This document shows positions 8,025 through 15,938 of a DNA stretch of 29,122 nt, piece by piece. The position numbers and the translations under genes were made by a program. How positions within the stretch are numbered: position 1 is the stretch's first letter; each line of letters opens with the position of its first letter. The notes beneath the pieces were generated by a model, which saw nothing but the letters and a program-made list of their open reading frames with translations, searched no databases and was not told where the DNA came from. Source of the DNA: a virus; IMG/VR virus record IMGVR_UViG_3300020156_000024; one strand, written 5' to 3'.

Positions 8025-8033
8025 ACGCGATCA

Positions 8034-8093
8034 GGACATTCGCACGGACATCCGTAGGGACATCGGCAGGGACATGTCCCCGTGTCCGTGTCT
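8034..8093. repeat. GGACAT direct repeats at 12-bp period plus inverted copies; candidate clt/TraB recognition locus
   Basis: GGACAT at 8034, 8046, 8058, 8070; palindrome GGGACATGTCCC 8069-8080; GTGTCC 8082, GTGTCT 8088. Confidence 0.6.
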
Positions 8094-8165
8094 CGCATTG
8101 CCCTTCGACCTCGGTGAACACCGCCGACAGACACCCGCTCCCCTGGATAGGACAGGAGGCCATCC

Positions 8166-9425
8166 GTGGCCGTTGAACCGACCAGCCCGCAACCGCGGGC
8201 ACCCGAACGCGACGGGGTGCCGGGCTCCGAAGTCCTCGGCATGGTCGCGAACGCCGCCGCCCTCGTCCTCACCGCGCTGGGCGGCCTGTGGCTGTGGGTG
8301 GCCGGAGGCCTCCTCGCCGCCGGGGCCGGCGGTCTCGCGTACAACCAGTACCGCAAGCGCCGAGGCGCCCATGGCCGCCGCAGCCCGGCCGGGCACCCGG
8401 GCGGGCGGACCGGTACCGCCCGCTCGGAAGGCTGGCGCCCGTTCAGCCGCGGGCGTTCCGGCCGCGGCCGCTCGGGCGGCGGGCCGGGCGGGCGGTCCAA
8501 CACCGGCCGCAAGGCGGGCGGTCCGCTTGGCGCCCGCACGCCCGGGCGCGGGCGGGCGTCTGGAGCGGGCGGCACCGGTGCGGCCGGGAAGAAGCCGCGC
8601 GGGCGGCGAACGGCCGCTGCCGGAGCGGCCGCGACCGGGGCGAAGCGCCGTCTCCCGTTCGGTCTCGGCCGGAAGGGCCGCGGGACCGGTGCGCCCGGCG
8701 CCGCCCGCTCAGGCGGGCGCTCCGGATCAGGCGGGCGTTCAGGCGGGCGATCGGGCCGTCGAGGTCCCGGTTCCTGGTTCGGCCGCGGGCGCACGGGCGC
8801 GAAGCCCGGAGGCGCCCACGCGGGCGGACGGGCCAGCGGCCGCAAGCCGGGCCGCGGGTCGACGCGTCGTCGCCGGTTCCGCGCCCCCGACCCTCGCCGC
8901 GCTGACACGAAGCTCCTACCCGACAAGACCGACACGAAGCCGCCGACGGCGAAACCGGAGACCGCGAACGAGCCCGCGCAGCCGACCGGTCGGCCCCAAG
9001 CCTCGCAGCCCGCGCAGCGTCCGCCGACGCCCCACCCGAACCGCAACCCGAACACCGTCAACCCGAAAGGACCCAGCATCATGTCCCGACTCGGCCGCAT
9101 GTGGCGCCAGCACTCCGAAGAGGAACTCTCCGCCGCCACCCGCTACGACCCCGAGACCATGCCCGACTACCTCGGCGACCTCCGCGACCTCGTGACCGCG
9201 TTCCAGAACCAGGCCGCCGCACTCGGGAAGATGTCCGCGATCTCCCAGGCCGACCTCCCCGTCGACCAGAACGTCGCCGAGTACATCGCGCAGCTCCAGT
9301 CGCTCATGCACACGATCGCCGAAGGCGCCGACAGCACCGTCTCGAGATTCCTCGCCAAGCACGAGGCCGACATGGCGCGACACAACGCCCCCCGCCCGAA
9401 CGAGAAGAAGTGGAACGTCGGGTGA
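8166..9425 (+). CDS. Transfer-associated protein: N-terminal TM, Gly/Arg-rich linker, helical C-terminal domain
   Basis: AGGAGG SD before GTG8166; GTGA overlap with traB. Confidence 0.7.
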   Translation: MAVEPTSPQPRAPERDGVPGSEVLGMVANAAALVLTALGGLWLWVAGGLLAAGAGGLAYNQYRKRRGAHGRRSPAGHPGGRTGTARSEGWRPFSRGRSGRGRSGGGPGGRSNTGRKAGGPLGARTPGRGRASGAGGTGAAGKKPRGRRTAAAGAAATGAKRRLPFGLGRKGRGTGAPGAARSGGRSGSGGRSGGRSGRRGPGSWFGRGRTGAKPGGAHAGGRASGRKPGRGSTRRRRFRAPDPRRADTKLLPDKTDTKPPTAKPETANEPAQPTGRPQASQPAQRPPTPHPNRNPNTVNPKGPSIMSRLGRMWRQHSEEELSAATRYDPETMPDYLGDLRDLVTAFQNQAAALGKMSAISQADLPVDQNVAEYIAQLQSLMHTIAEGADSTVSRFLAKHEADMARHNAPRPNEKKWNVG

Positions 9426-11605
9426 TCGACCAGCAGACCGCGCCGCCCCCGGCCCCCGCGCCGGGGGCGGCCCCCCGCTCCGCCCGGCCGCGGCCCCTCC
9501 GGGACTGGATCGCCTCCTGGAACTGGAACGCCCACCCGCCCGCATGGGCCGTCGCCAACCTCGCAGTCCTGCTGTTCTGGACCTCCCTGGCCGGGCACCG
9601 CCTCGGCGTGCCGCCGGTGGCCGCGCTCCTCATCGGCGGCATCGGCGCGGCCGCAGCGGTCGGCGCCGCCATGATCGCCGAGCAGGGCGGTGCCGTCATC
9701 GGGTGGCGCCTCGCCTGCTGGATCCTCCCCGCCCTGTGGGCCACGGCCGCCCTTCAATGGTCCCCGCTGCAGCCGTACCTCCTCGGTGCCGGGGTCGGCC
9801 TCGCCCTGGCCGCCTACCTCATCGCCGACGCGATCCGCAAGGCCCGTCGCGCCGCCCAGTCTGCGGGAATTCTCACCGGCGGCGGCAGCACCCAAGTCGC
9901 GACCGCACCGGCCGACCAGATCTGGAACGCCGACGCTCCCGCCGACACCGACGAAGCCAAGCTCGCCGAGAACTGGGACGCCCGGATCCGCCGCGTCACC
10001 TCGATCAAAGGCGCCGAAGTCGTCGGCGTCGGCCTCTGGTCCCAAGGCACCGGGTACACGCTCACCGTCCGCCTGCCCTTGGGCGGCACCTCCTGGAAGG
10101 ACCTCGCCGACTACGCCGAGCCCCTCGCCGAGGACGCCCGCCTCCCCGCTGACTGCGGCATCACCGTCAAGGGCACCAGGCACCGCGGCATCGCCGAAAT
10201 GAAGGTCACCCACCGCAACGTCATGCGCGAGACCCACACCGCCCCCCGCGACTACAGCCCGGCCTCGATCTACGACAAGGCTCCGATCGGGTTCCTCCCC
10301 GACGCCGCCCTCATCAAGATCGCGCTCAAATGGGTGTGGATAGTCCTGATCGGCCAGACCGACTCGGGCAAGTCCTCGATGCTGCACCTGATCAATGCCT
10401 ACCTCGTCCGCTGTGTCGACGCCCTGGTGTGGCAGATCGACATCGGCGGCGGCGGCGGCATCGCCCGACCCTGGATCGCCCCATGGCACCAAGGGCGCGC
10501 CGATCGGCCTGCCATCGACTGGGTCGCGACCACCGTCGAAGAGGCCGAGCTCATGTGCCGCTCCGCGATCGCCATCGTCGAGGGCCGCAAACGGGTCTAC
10601 GCCGACGACCTCGATAACGGCAAGGTCCGCTGCTCGCCGGAGGTCCCGCACATCGTGATCGAGTCCGACGAGACCGCGAACCTGCCCGAGCTCATCAAGG
10701 GCCTCATCACCCAGATCAACCAGACCGGCCGCGGCGCCGGCGTCCGCGGCATCACCTGCTCCCTGCGCGGCACCGCCGACGACCTCCCTACCGCCATCAA
10801 GAAGCACTCGCGGGTGCGCGTCGGCATGCGCGTGAGCGACGCCGACGAGATCCGGTACCTGTTCGACCGGCCCGGCAAAGTCGACCCCGCGCTCGCCGAC
10901 GAGCAGGGGTCGGGCTGGATCGAGCACCAGGACGAGGACGCCGACGGCAAGGCGATCGGCGCCCGCTACATCACCCCGTTCAAAGCGTTCTTCATGCCCG
11001 ACTCGCAGATCGACGAGGCCGCCGTCGCCGTCGCGCTCCTGCGACCCGATCTCGACGCGCCCTCTGTGGCCCTGGCCGACTCGGTCTCCCGGACCGTCCG
11101 CGCCTACACCGACCGGTGGGTGCGCACGATCCCGACCCTGTTCGTCGTCGACGAGGAGCCTGCGCCCGCACCGGTCCCCGCCGACCCCGAGCGGGCCGCG
11201 CGCATCGCCGCGATCGAGGCCGACCAGCAGCGCCGCCACGAGACCGGCGGCAGCATCGAGGAGCGCCTCGCCCGCATGAACGAGCTCGGCGCGAAGATCG
11301 CCGACGGCGCACCCACCGACACGCCGGGGGTTGACCCGGCGACCGTCGCCGAGTTGACTGAGGGCGTACCTGAGGACAACCTCCTCGCGGTCGTGACCGT
11401 CGTCGACCGGGCCGGCGTCGACGGCATCGGTCCCGCCGACATCCTCCGAGCCATCAATGCCGTGCGCGCCGTCGACGACCGGATCAGCGACAAGACGGTC
11501 CAGCGCAAGCTCGCTGAGCTCGTCAATACCGGGATCTTCATCAAGACCGGCCGAGGCCGCTACGTCGCCGCCATCCACACACACCAGGGAGACCAGCATG
11601 AATGA
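9422..11605 (+). CDS. traB: TraB-type FtsK/SpoIIIE conjugative DNA translocase
   Basis: N-terminal TM helices, Walker A GQTDSGKS, Walker B IVIESDE, RGAGVR motif, C-terminal winged helix (ISDKTVQRKLAELV..GRGRY); GTG9422 overlaps upstream stop. Confidence 0.85.
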   Translation: MIDQQTAPPPAPAPGAAPRSARPRPLRDWIASWNWNAHPPAWAVANLAVLLFWTSLAGHRLGVPPVAALLIGGIGAAAAVGAAMIAEQGGAVIGWRLACWILPALWATAALQWSPLQPYLLGAGVGLALAAYLIADAIRKARRAAQSAGILTGGGSTQVATAPADQIWNADAPADTDEAKLAENWDARIRRVTSIKGAEVVGVGLWSQGTGYTLTVRLPLGGTSWKDLADYAEPLAEDARLPADCGITVKGTRHRGIAEMKVTHRNVMRETHTAPRDYSPASIYDKAPIGFLPDAALIKIALKWVWIVLIGQTDSGKSSMLHLINAYLVRCVDALVWQIDIGGGGGIARPWIAPWHQGRADRPAIDWVATTVEEAELMCRSAIAIVEGRKRVYADDLDNGKVRCSPEVPHIVIESDETANLPELIKGLITQINQTGRGAGVRGITCSLRGTADDLPTAIKKHSRVRVGMRVSDADEIRYLFDRPGKVDPALADEQGSGWIEHQDEDADGKAIGARYITPFKAFFMPDSQIDEAAVAVALLRPDLDAPSVALADSVSRTVRAYTDRWVRTIPTLFVVDEEPAPAPVPADPERAARIAAIEADQQRRHETGGSIEERLARMNELGAKIADGAPTDTPGVDPATVAELTEGVPEDNLLAVVTVVDRAGVDGIGPADILRAINAVRAVDDRISDKTVQRKLAELVNTGIFIKTGRGRYVAAIHTHQGDQHE

Positions 11606-11750
11606 CGCCGAACTCACCCGCGAGCAGAAGATCGCGGACGCCGAAGCCCGCCAGCAGGAACTGCACGAGACCGGCGGCACCGTCGAGGAGCGCGTTGCCC
11701 GCCTCAAGGAGCTCGGCGAGCAGATCACCGACGAGCCCGCATCCGAGTAG
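11598..11750 (+). CDS. 50-aa acidic protein homologous to an internal TraB segment
   Basis: AGGGAG SD; overlaps traB stop; 21/34 identity with TraB segment encoded at 11204-11305. Confidence 0.75.
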   Translation: MNDAELTREQKIADAEARQQELHETGGTVEERVARLKELGEQITDEPASE

Positions 11751-11760
11751 GCCAATGCCG

Positions 11761-11796
11761 CAGCGCGCCGCCACGGACCCCGTCGGCGGCGCGCTG
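11761..11796 (+). terminator. GC-rich hairpin ending the transfer operon
   Basis: CAGCGCGCCGCC..GGCGGCGCGCTG; no U-tract. Confidence 0.45.
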
Positions 11797-11835
11797 GCGT
11801 TATGATCCCCGCACACCTACATGGAGAGGCCCGCC

Positions 11836-12210
11836 GTGCGCGATCCGTCGGACATGACCCCGGCCGAACTGCGCTGCCTCCGTGAGGAACTACGGCTCAC
11901 CGTGCGGGCATTGAGCGCCGCGATCGGCCAGACCTACCAGACGATCAGCAGGTGGGAATCCGGCAAGCGCGCCCCATCGCGGTACAGCGCGAACGCGCTG
12001 GTCGACCTTGCGACATTCACCGAAGCGGCTGTGGCTGACATGGTCAAAACTCACGAACCCGGGTCGACCATCGTCACCTACCTGGACGACGAGACGTTCC
12101 AAGAGCACGTCGACATCGGTACCTTCGTGCTCCCGGCGGCGTGGCATAGAGGCGTGGCCTGGCGCGCCGCCCGGCAGATTCCCGGAGCCACCATCACCTA
12201 CCAGTCCTGA
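11836..12210 (+). CDS. XRE-family HTH protein (possibly DUF1870/Aca2-YdiL-like)
   Basis: MTPAELRCLREELRLTVRALSAAIGQTYQTISRWESGKRAP; GGAGAGG SD before GTG11836; TATGAT at 11801. Confidence 0.8.
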   Translation: MRDPSDMTPAELRCLREELRLTVRALSAAIGQTYQTISRWESGKRAPSRYSANALVDLATFTEAAVADMVKTHEPGSTIVTYLDDETFQEHVDIGTFVLPAAWHRGVAWRAARQIPGATITYQS

Positions 12211-12262
12211 CCTCCTCGGCGAACCGGGCACGAGCACTTCACGCCCGCTCTACGCTCCTCTC

Positions 12263-13495
12263 GTGGAGTTGCCTGCACCGATGCTGCCCACCGCGGGGCC
12301 GCTGCCGACCGGGCCGGGGTGGGCGTTCGAGATGAAGTGGGACGGCGTCAGGCTGATCAGTGGATTGGAGCGCGGGATCCTGCAGATGCGCACCCGCCAA
12401 GGCAAGAACGTGCCCGCCTCCCAGTTCCCGGAGCTCACCGAGATCGCCGAAGTCGGGGACGTCATCCTCGACGGTGAGCTGACCGTGTTCGACGGCGACC
12501 GCACGGATTTCGGGGCTGTCCTCCGCAGGCTTCTCGCCCGCGGTCACCGTGCCGCCGTCCTGGCCGAGGAGTATCCGGCGACGGTGCTCGTGTTCGATGT
12601 CCTCCGGTTCGACGGTGAGGATCTACGCCGCCGCCCGTACGAGGAGCGGCGCGCGATCCTCGAGTCGCTCGAGCTCCCGCCCAACTGGGTGGTGCCGCCG
12701 AGTTTCACGAACGGGCCCGCGACGGTCGCGGTGAGTCTCGAGCACGGGCTGGAGGGCGTGGTCGCGAAGCGTTTGGCGTCGCGCTATTCGAGCGGCCGGT
12801 CCAGGAACTGGGTGAAGCAGAGACACCAGGGGATCATCGACGCGGCCGTGGTTGGGTGGGTTCGCAGACCCTCCGGCGGCCTCTCGCTGCTCCTCGCCGA
12901 GCCCGGCACGCTCCTGTACGTCGGCAGGTGCACCGCGCCACGGGGACTCGTCGAAGCCCTCGCGCCGCTCGCCACCGGCACTCCGGCCACGACCGTGCCC
13001 GCCCAGTCCGGTGCCGTGCAGTGGGTCCAGCCGGTGCTGCAGGTCGAGGTGACCGCGTCTTCGCGGGAGCCGGACGGGCGGTTGCGGCAGGCGCGGTTCG
13101 TGCGCGCCCGTCTCGACCAGATCGGGTTACCAGGCACGACGAAACGGCCCCGCCGAAGCGGGGCCGCATCATGCGAACTCACATACCAACAACTCCAGTT
13201 GGCATGTGAGCCAACATCTCAACTCTCAGGCGCGAGCGTTGAGTTCTACTCGGTGGGCGTGTGCTTGACCGTCCCGAGCGGGATCATGCTCGCAGACCCC
13301 TCCGTACCGACCGGCGCGGAACCGATCGACCACGCGAGACTCGCGCCGACCGCCAGCCCGACGACACCCCAGGAGTGCGCCCAGTCGATGTCGTTCCACC
13401 CCCCGACCGCCTCGGCCGTCAGGACCGCGAACCAGGTCCCGCCGAACGTCTTGATGGCACGGTCGCTGGTCTCACGCCAGAAGCGCTTCGTGTAG
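12263..13495 (+). CDS. ATP-dependent DNA ligase (LigD/LigC-type ligase + OB domain); recognisable domain ends ~13126, frame stays open to 13495
   Basis: EMKWDGVR, ILDGEL, VFDVL, LEGVVAK, WVKQR, GRLRQARF motifs; TACGCT 6 nt before GTG12263 suggests leaderless start. Confidence 0.85.
   Translation: MELPAPMLPTAGPLPTGPGWAFEMKWDGVRLISGLERGILQMRTRQGKNVPASQFPELTEIAEVGDVILDGELTVFDGDRTDFGAVLRRLLARGHRAAVLAEEYPATVLVFDVLRFDGEDLRRRPYEERRAILESLELPPNWVVPPSFTNGPATVAVSLEHGLEGVVAKRLASRYSSGRSRNWVKQRHQGIIDAAVVGWVRRPSGGLSLLLAEPGTLLYVGRCTAPRGLVEALAPLATGTPATTVPAQSGAVQWVQPVLQVEVTASSREPDGRLRQARFVRARLDQIGLPGTTKRPRRSGAASCELTYQQLQLACEPTSQLSGASVEFYSVGVCLTVPSGIMLADPSVPTGAEPIDHARLAPTASPTTPQECAQSMSFHPPTASAVRTANQVPPNVLMARSLVSRQKRFV
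13138..13166 (-). terminator. Terminator of the late/lysis operon
   Basis: Minus strand CGGCCCCGC-TTCG-GCGGGGCCG-TTTCGTC (C(UUCG)G tetraloop). Confidence 0.7.
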
Positions 13496-13500
13496 TACAT
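13246..13500 (-). CDS. Holin (r1t-like family)
   Basis: FWRETSDRAIKTF..two TM..SIGSAPVG pattern; AAGGAG SD; lysis context. Confidence 0.85.
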   Translation of the reverse strand: MYYTKRFWRETSDRAIKTFGGTWFAVLTAEAVGGWNDIDWAHSWGVVGLAVGASLAWSIGSAPVGTEGSASMIPLGTVKHTPTE

Positions 13501-13527
13501 GGTCAGTTCTCCTTGGTCGGTTGTGGG

Positions 13528-14235
13528 CTATTCGGTGGCGGCGGCGACGCAGATGACCGCGTCGACAGTGCCGTTGGTGGTGAGGACGGTCTGCGCCTCA
13601 GGTGCAGAGCCCTCAGGGCATAGCGGCAAGCCGTGTTCGGCTACGTATCCCTCGACCTGGGCACGGATCTCGTCCTCGGTCGGTGGCCGGCCGGGCTCGC
13701 CCTGCGCCCCGTCCTGGCCGTCCGCACCGTCGGCCCCGTCCTGGCCGTCAGCTCCTGCAGGTCCGGGCGGCGGCGGGTTCTCCGCGAGGTAGGCCGCCAT
13801 CGCGGCGTACAGCTGCTCGTTGAGCAGGTCCGGGTGATCGGCGAGGACCGAAGCAAACGCGGCGGTAAGCTCAGCGGCGGACGGCTCGAACTCGTACGGG
13901 TGGTCCGCGAAGTACCGCGCGAACGCGGCCTGGATCTGCGGGTCGGTCAGGGTTGGCCCCGGAGGGCCGGGCGGCCCGGTCGGCCCCGATGGGCCGGGAG
14001 CTGGCGTGTACTCCGGGTCCTCGAGAAGTTCCTCGGGCTGCGGAGCGATCGGCTCGACGCCCTGAGCCTCCGCGTTGGACTGCTCGTCACCGAGGGCCGC
14101 CGAGAGCGCGTCGACCCGGGCCTCCTGGACCTCCGACCGCCACAGGACTGCGGCGACGGCGACCAGAACCAGGAGGATCTGCCCCCAGTGTGCGATTGCC
14201 CGCCGGGTCGGGGCCCGTAGCTTCGGCATCCTCAT
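13528..14235 (-). CDS. Membrane-anchored collagen-like protein of lysis cassette
   Basis: N-terminal TM, G-X-Y repeats, C-terminal Cys pair. Confidence 0.75.
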   Translation of the reverse strand: MRMPKLRAPTRRAIAHWGQILLVLVAVAAVLWRSEVQEARVDALSAALGDEQSNAEAQGVEPIAPQPEELLEDPEYTPAPGPSGPTGPPGPPGPTLTDPQIQAAFARYFADHPYEFEPSAAELTAAFASVLADHPDLLNEQLYAAMAAYLAENPPPPGPAGADGQDGADGADGQDGAQGEPGRPPTEDEIRAQVEGYVAEHGLPLCPEGSAPEAQTVLTTNGTVDAVICVAAATE

Positions 14236-14543
14236 ACCGGGCCTCCGGTCGCGGAGACGACGTCGACGACGATGGACAGGGCGGCGGCGAGCATGGCGCC
14301 GACGACCATGCGGCGGTCAGCTGCGCGCCGTTCGATATTCGCGGTCTTGTCGGCCTCCAGTGCGCCCACGAGACGTTCGACGGACTTCTCCACGTTGGTG
14401 ACGCGGTCGTTGACCCGGCCGAGGTGGGCATCGTGGACCTCGCGGGATACGAGTCCGGCGAGGTCGCTGCGGAGCTCTGTGAAGTCGTCCTTCACGTCCT
14501 TGCGGAACTGCGCGATCTCGCGGCCGATCGGGTCGTCGGGCAT
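14232..14543 (-). CDS. Coiled-coil protein with C-terminal TM (lysis cassette)
   Basis: 103 aa, follows endolysin, ATGA overlap with next gene. Confidence 0.75.
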   Translation of the reverse strand: MPDDPIGREIAQFRKDVKDDFTELRSDLAGLVSREVHDAHLGRVNDRVTNVEKSVERLVGALEADKTANIERRAADRRMVVGAMLAAALSIVVDVVSATGGPV

Positions 14544-14552
14544 GGGCGGGCC

Positions 14553-15701
14553 TTACTCGCGAGCCTCGTTGTCGACGCTACCGAGGACCTCGCGGAGCGC
14601 AGCGGCGACGGCGGCCGTGTCGAGATCGTGGTCGACCGCGGCGGCGACCGCGGTGGCCAGCTCTTCCGGGGACGGGATCGCCTGTCGGACGCCTTCGGCG
14701 ACCGCGGCCGTGATGGCGTCTTCGGTGAGGCCCGACTGGCCCGCAGCGATCGACTTCATCAGGGCTGTCTGCTTGGCCTGCTCGGCGGCGATCTTCTGCC
14801 CGTACAGCAGCGTGTAGTAGTGGTTGGAGGCCGCGAGGAACTTCGCCGGCCACTTGGTGCCCGAGTAGGCAACGCCCTGCCCGGTGATCAGGGGAATTTC
14901 TTCGTCCCAGGTGCTCATGTCGTCCTCCAGGAGGTGTCGTAGGGCGGCCGCGGTGTCGCGGTCGTAGATGCCGTTGGTGGTGATGCGGGCGCGGCGCTGG
15001 AGCTCGCGCACCGCCGCGGTCGTGGCGGGGCCGAAATCGCCGTCCTCGACCAGGCCCGCGTTGATCACGCCGTTGAGGTAGACCTGCAGCGCAAGGACCG
15101 CGGGCCCTTCGGCGCCTTCTCGCAGCGTGGGGGCGGGGAGGCCGGCCACCGGGAGCTTGCCCGCATCGGTGCCCCACGCCCGCTTAAACCAGTCCTCCAA
15201 GGACTCGCCCGAGAGCAGCGACGCGAGGCCTTCCAACGCCTTGCGGTCACCGGCATAGGGCGTGAGAATGCCGATGTGCACATGCCAGGTGTGGGAGGTG
15301 TCGGAGCTGGCCGAGCGGTAAGCGCCGTCCTCGGAGTCCTTGATGCGACCGACGACCGTCCGGCCGTCGAGGGTCCCGTAGAACTCTTTGACGCACCGCA
15401 TTCGCGGGTCCCGTCGGGCGGCGCCGTCCAGGAGACGCCGCGTGATCGTCCTCATCCACGTGTCGTTCATCGTGAGGTCGATCGCGCGCGCTTTGTCCTT
15501 GGGGTCGCGTCGGTCGATCGCGTGCCGGACCGAGTAGTTGCCGGGCCATTTCGACAGGTTGGCGAAGACCGTGTTGTGGTAGCCCTTCTTGTCGGCGTAG
15601 ATCCCGCCGAGGCGCACGCCCGGGATGAAGCCGTGGCAGGCGAGCCACAGCCACCACATTGCGTCCGTGATGTAGGTGCGGTTCGGGTTCGCCGTGGCCA
15701 T
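14553..15701 (-). CDS. Endolysin: putative Zn-peptidase domain + peptidoglycan-binding domain
   Basis: YHN..RAIDL..HTWHVHI metal motif; PG_binding_1 pattern LREGAEGPAVLALQ..DGDFGPATTAAVRELQ. Confidence 0.85.
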   Translation of the reverse strand: MATANPNRTYITDAMWWLWLACHGFIPGVRLGGIYADKKGYHNTVFANLSKWPGNYSVRHAIDRRDPKDKARAIDLTMNDTWMRTITRRLLDGAARRDPRMRCVKEFYGTLDGRTVVGRIKDSEDGAYRSASSDTSHTWHVHIGILTPYAGDRKALEGLASLLSGESLEDWFKRAWGTDAGKLPVAGLPAPTLREGAEGPAVLALQVYLNGVINAGLVEDGDFGPATTAAVRELQRRARITTNGIYDRDTAAALRHLLEDDMSTWDEEIPLITGQGVAYSGTKWPAKFLAASNHYYTLLYGQKIAAEQAKQTALMKSIAAGQSGLTEDAITAAVAEGVRQAIPSPEELATAVAAAVDHDLDTAAVAAALREVLGSVDNEARE

Positions 15702-15886
15702 TAGTCCAGGCCCTTCGGGGATGGGCCTGCGGAGCGCAGCCGCTCGAACTCGTCGTCGTCCAGGACCACGATGTGTCCCGCGCGGTCGCGGACCTCCCAG
15801 CGGTTGCCCTCGCTGTCGGGTGTGGTCTGGCGGACCTCGTAGCCGCGCTCGGCGTCGAACAGGTGCCAGCCGTGGGGATCGGCCAT
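15701..15886 (-). CDS. Hypothetical 61-aa protein
   Basis: AAGGAGG SD before ATG15886; stop overlaps endolysin start. Confidence 0.65.
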   Translation of the reverse strand: MADPHGWHLFDAERGYEVRQTTPDSEGNRWEVRDRAGHIVVLDDDEFERLRSAGPSPKGLD

Positions 15887-15938
15887 GGGTCCTCCTTGGA
15901 TCTGGGCACGCCGAGGGAGACGGGCCGGTGATGGATTG

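Larger units (their letters stand above)
5534..11750 (+). mobile_element. Actinomycete plasmid/AICE-type conjugative transfer module
   Basis: Mostly translationally coupled operon of membrane proteins plus TraB, with internal short-repeat locus. Confidence 0.75.

Noticed and set aside
8021-8176. 51-aa ORF with GTGA overlap spanning the GGACAT repeats
   Set aside because: Atypical A-ending codons driven by the repeats; not called as a CDS, though coupling cannot be excluded
8709-8749. TCAGGCGGGCG x3, also ACCCGAA x3 at 9034-9067
   Set aside because: Explained by SGGR and NP peptide repeats in a low-complexity linker; weaker clt candidates than 8034-8093
9167-11755. 862-aa minus-strand ORF and other long antisense ORFs (e.g. 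6546..7844, 18817..20151, 27342..28982)
   Set aside because: Shadow frames of real genes in high-GC DNA; no motifs or SD
13700-14000. 9-bp periodic repeats
   Set aside because: Collagen-like G-X-Y coding repeats
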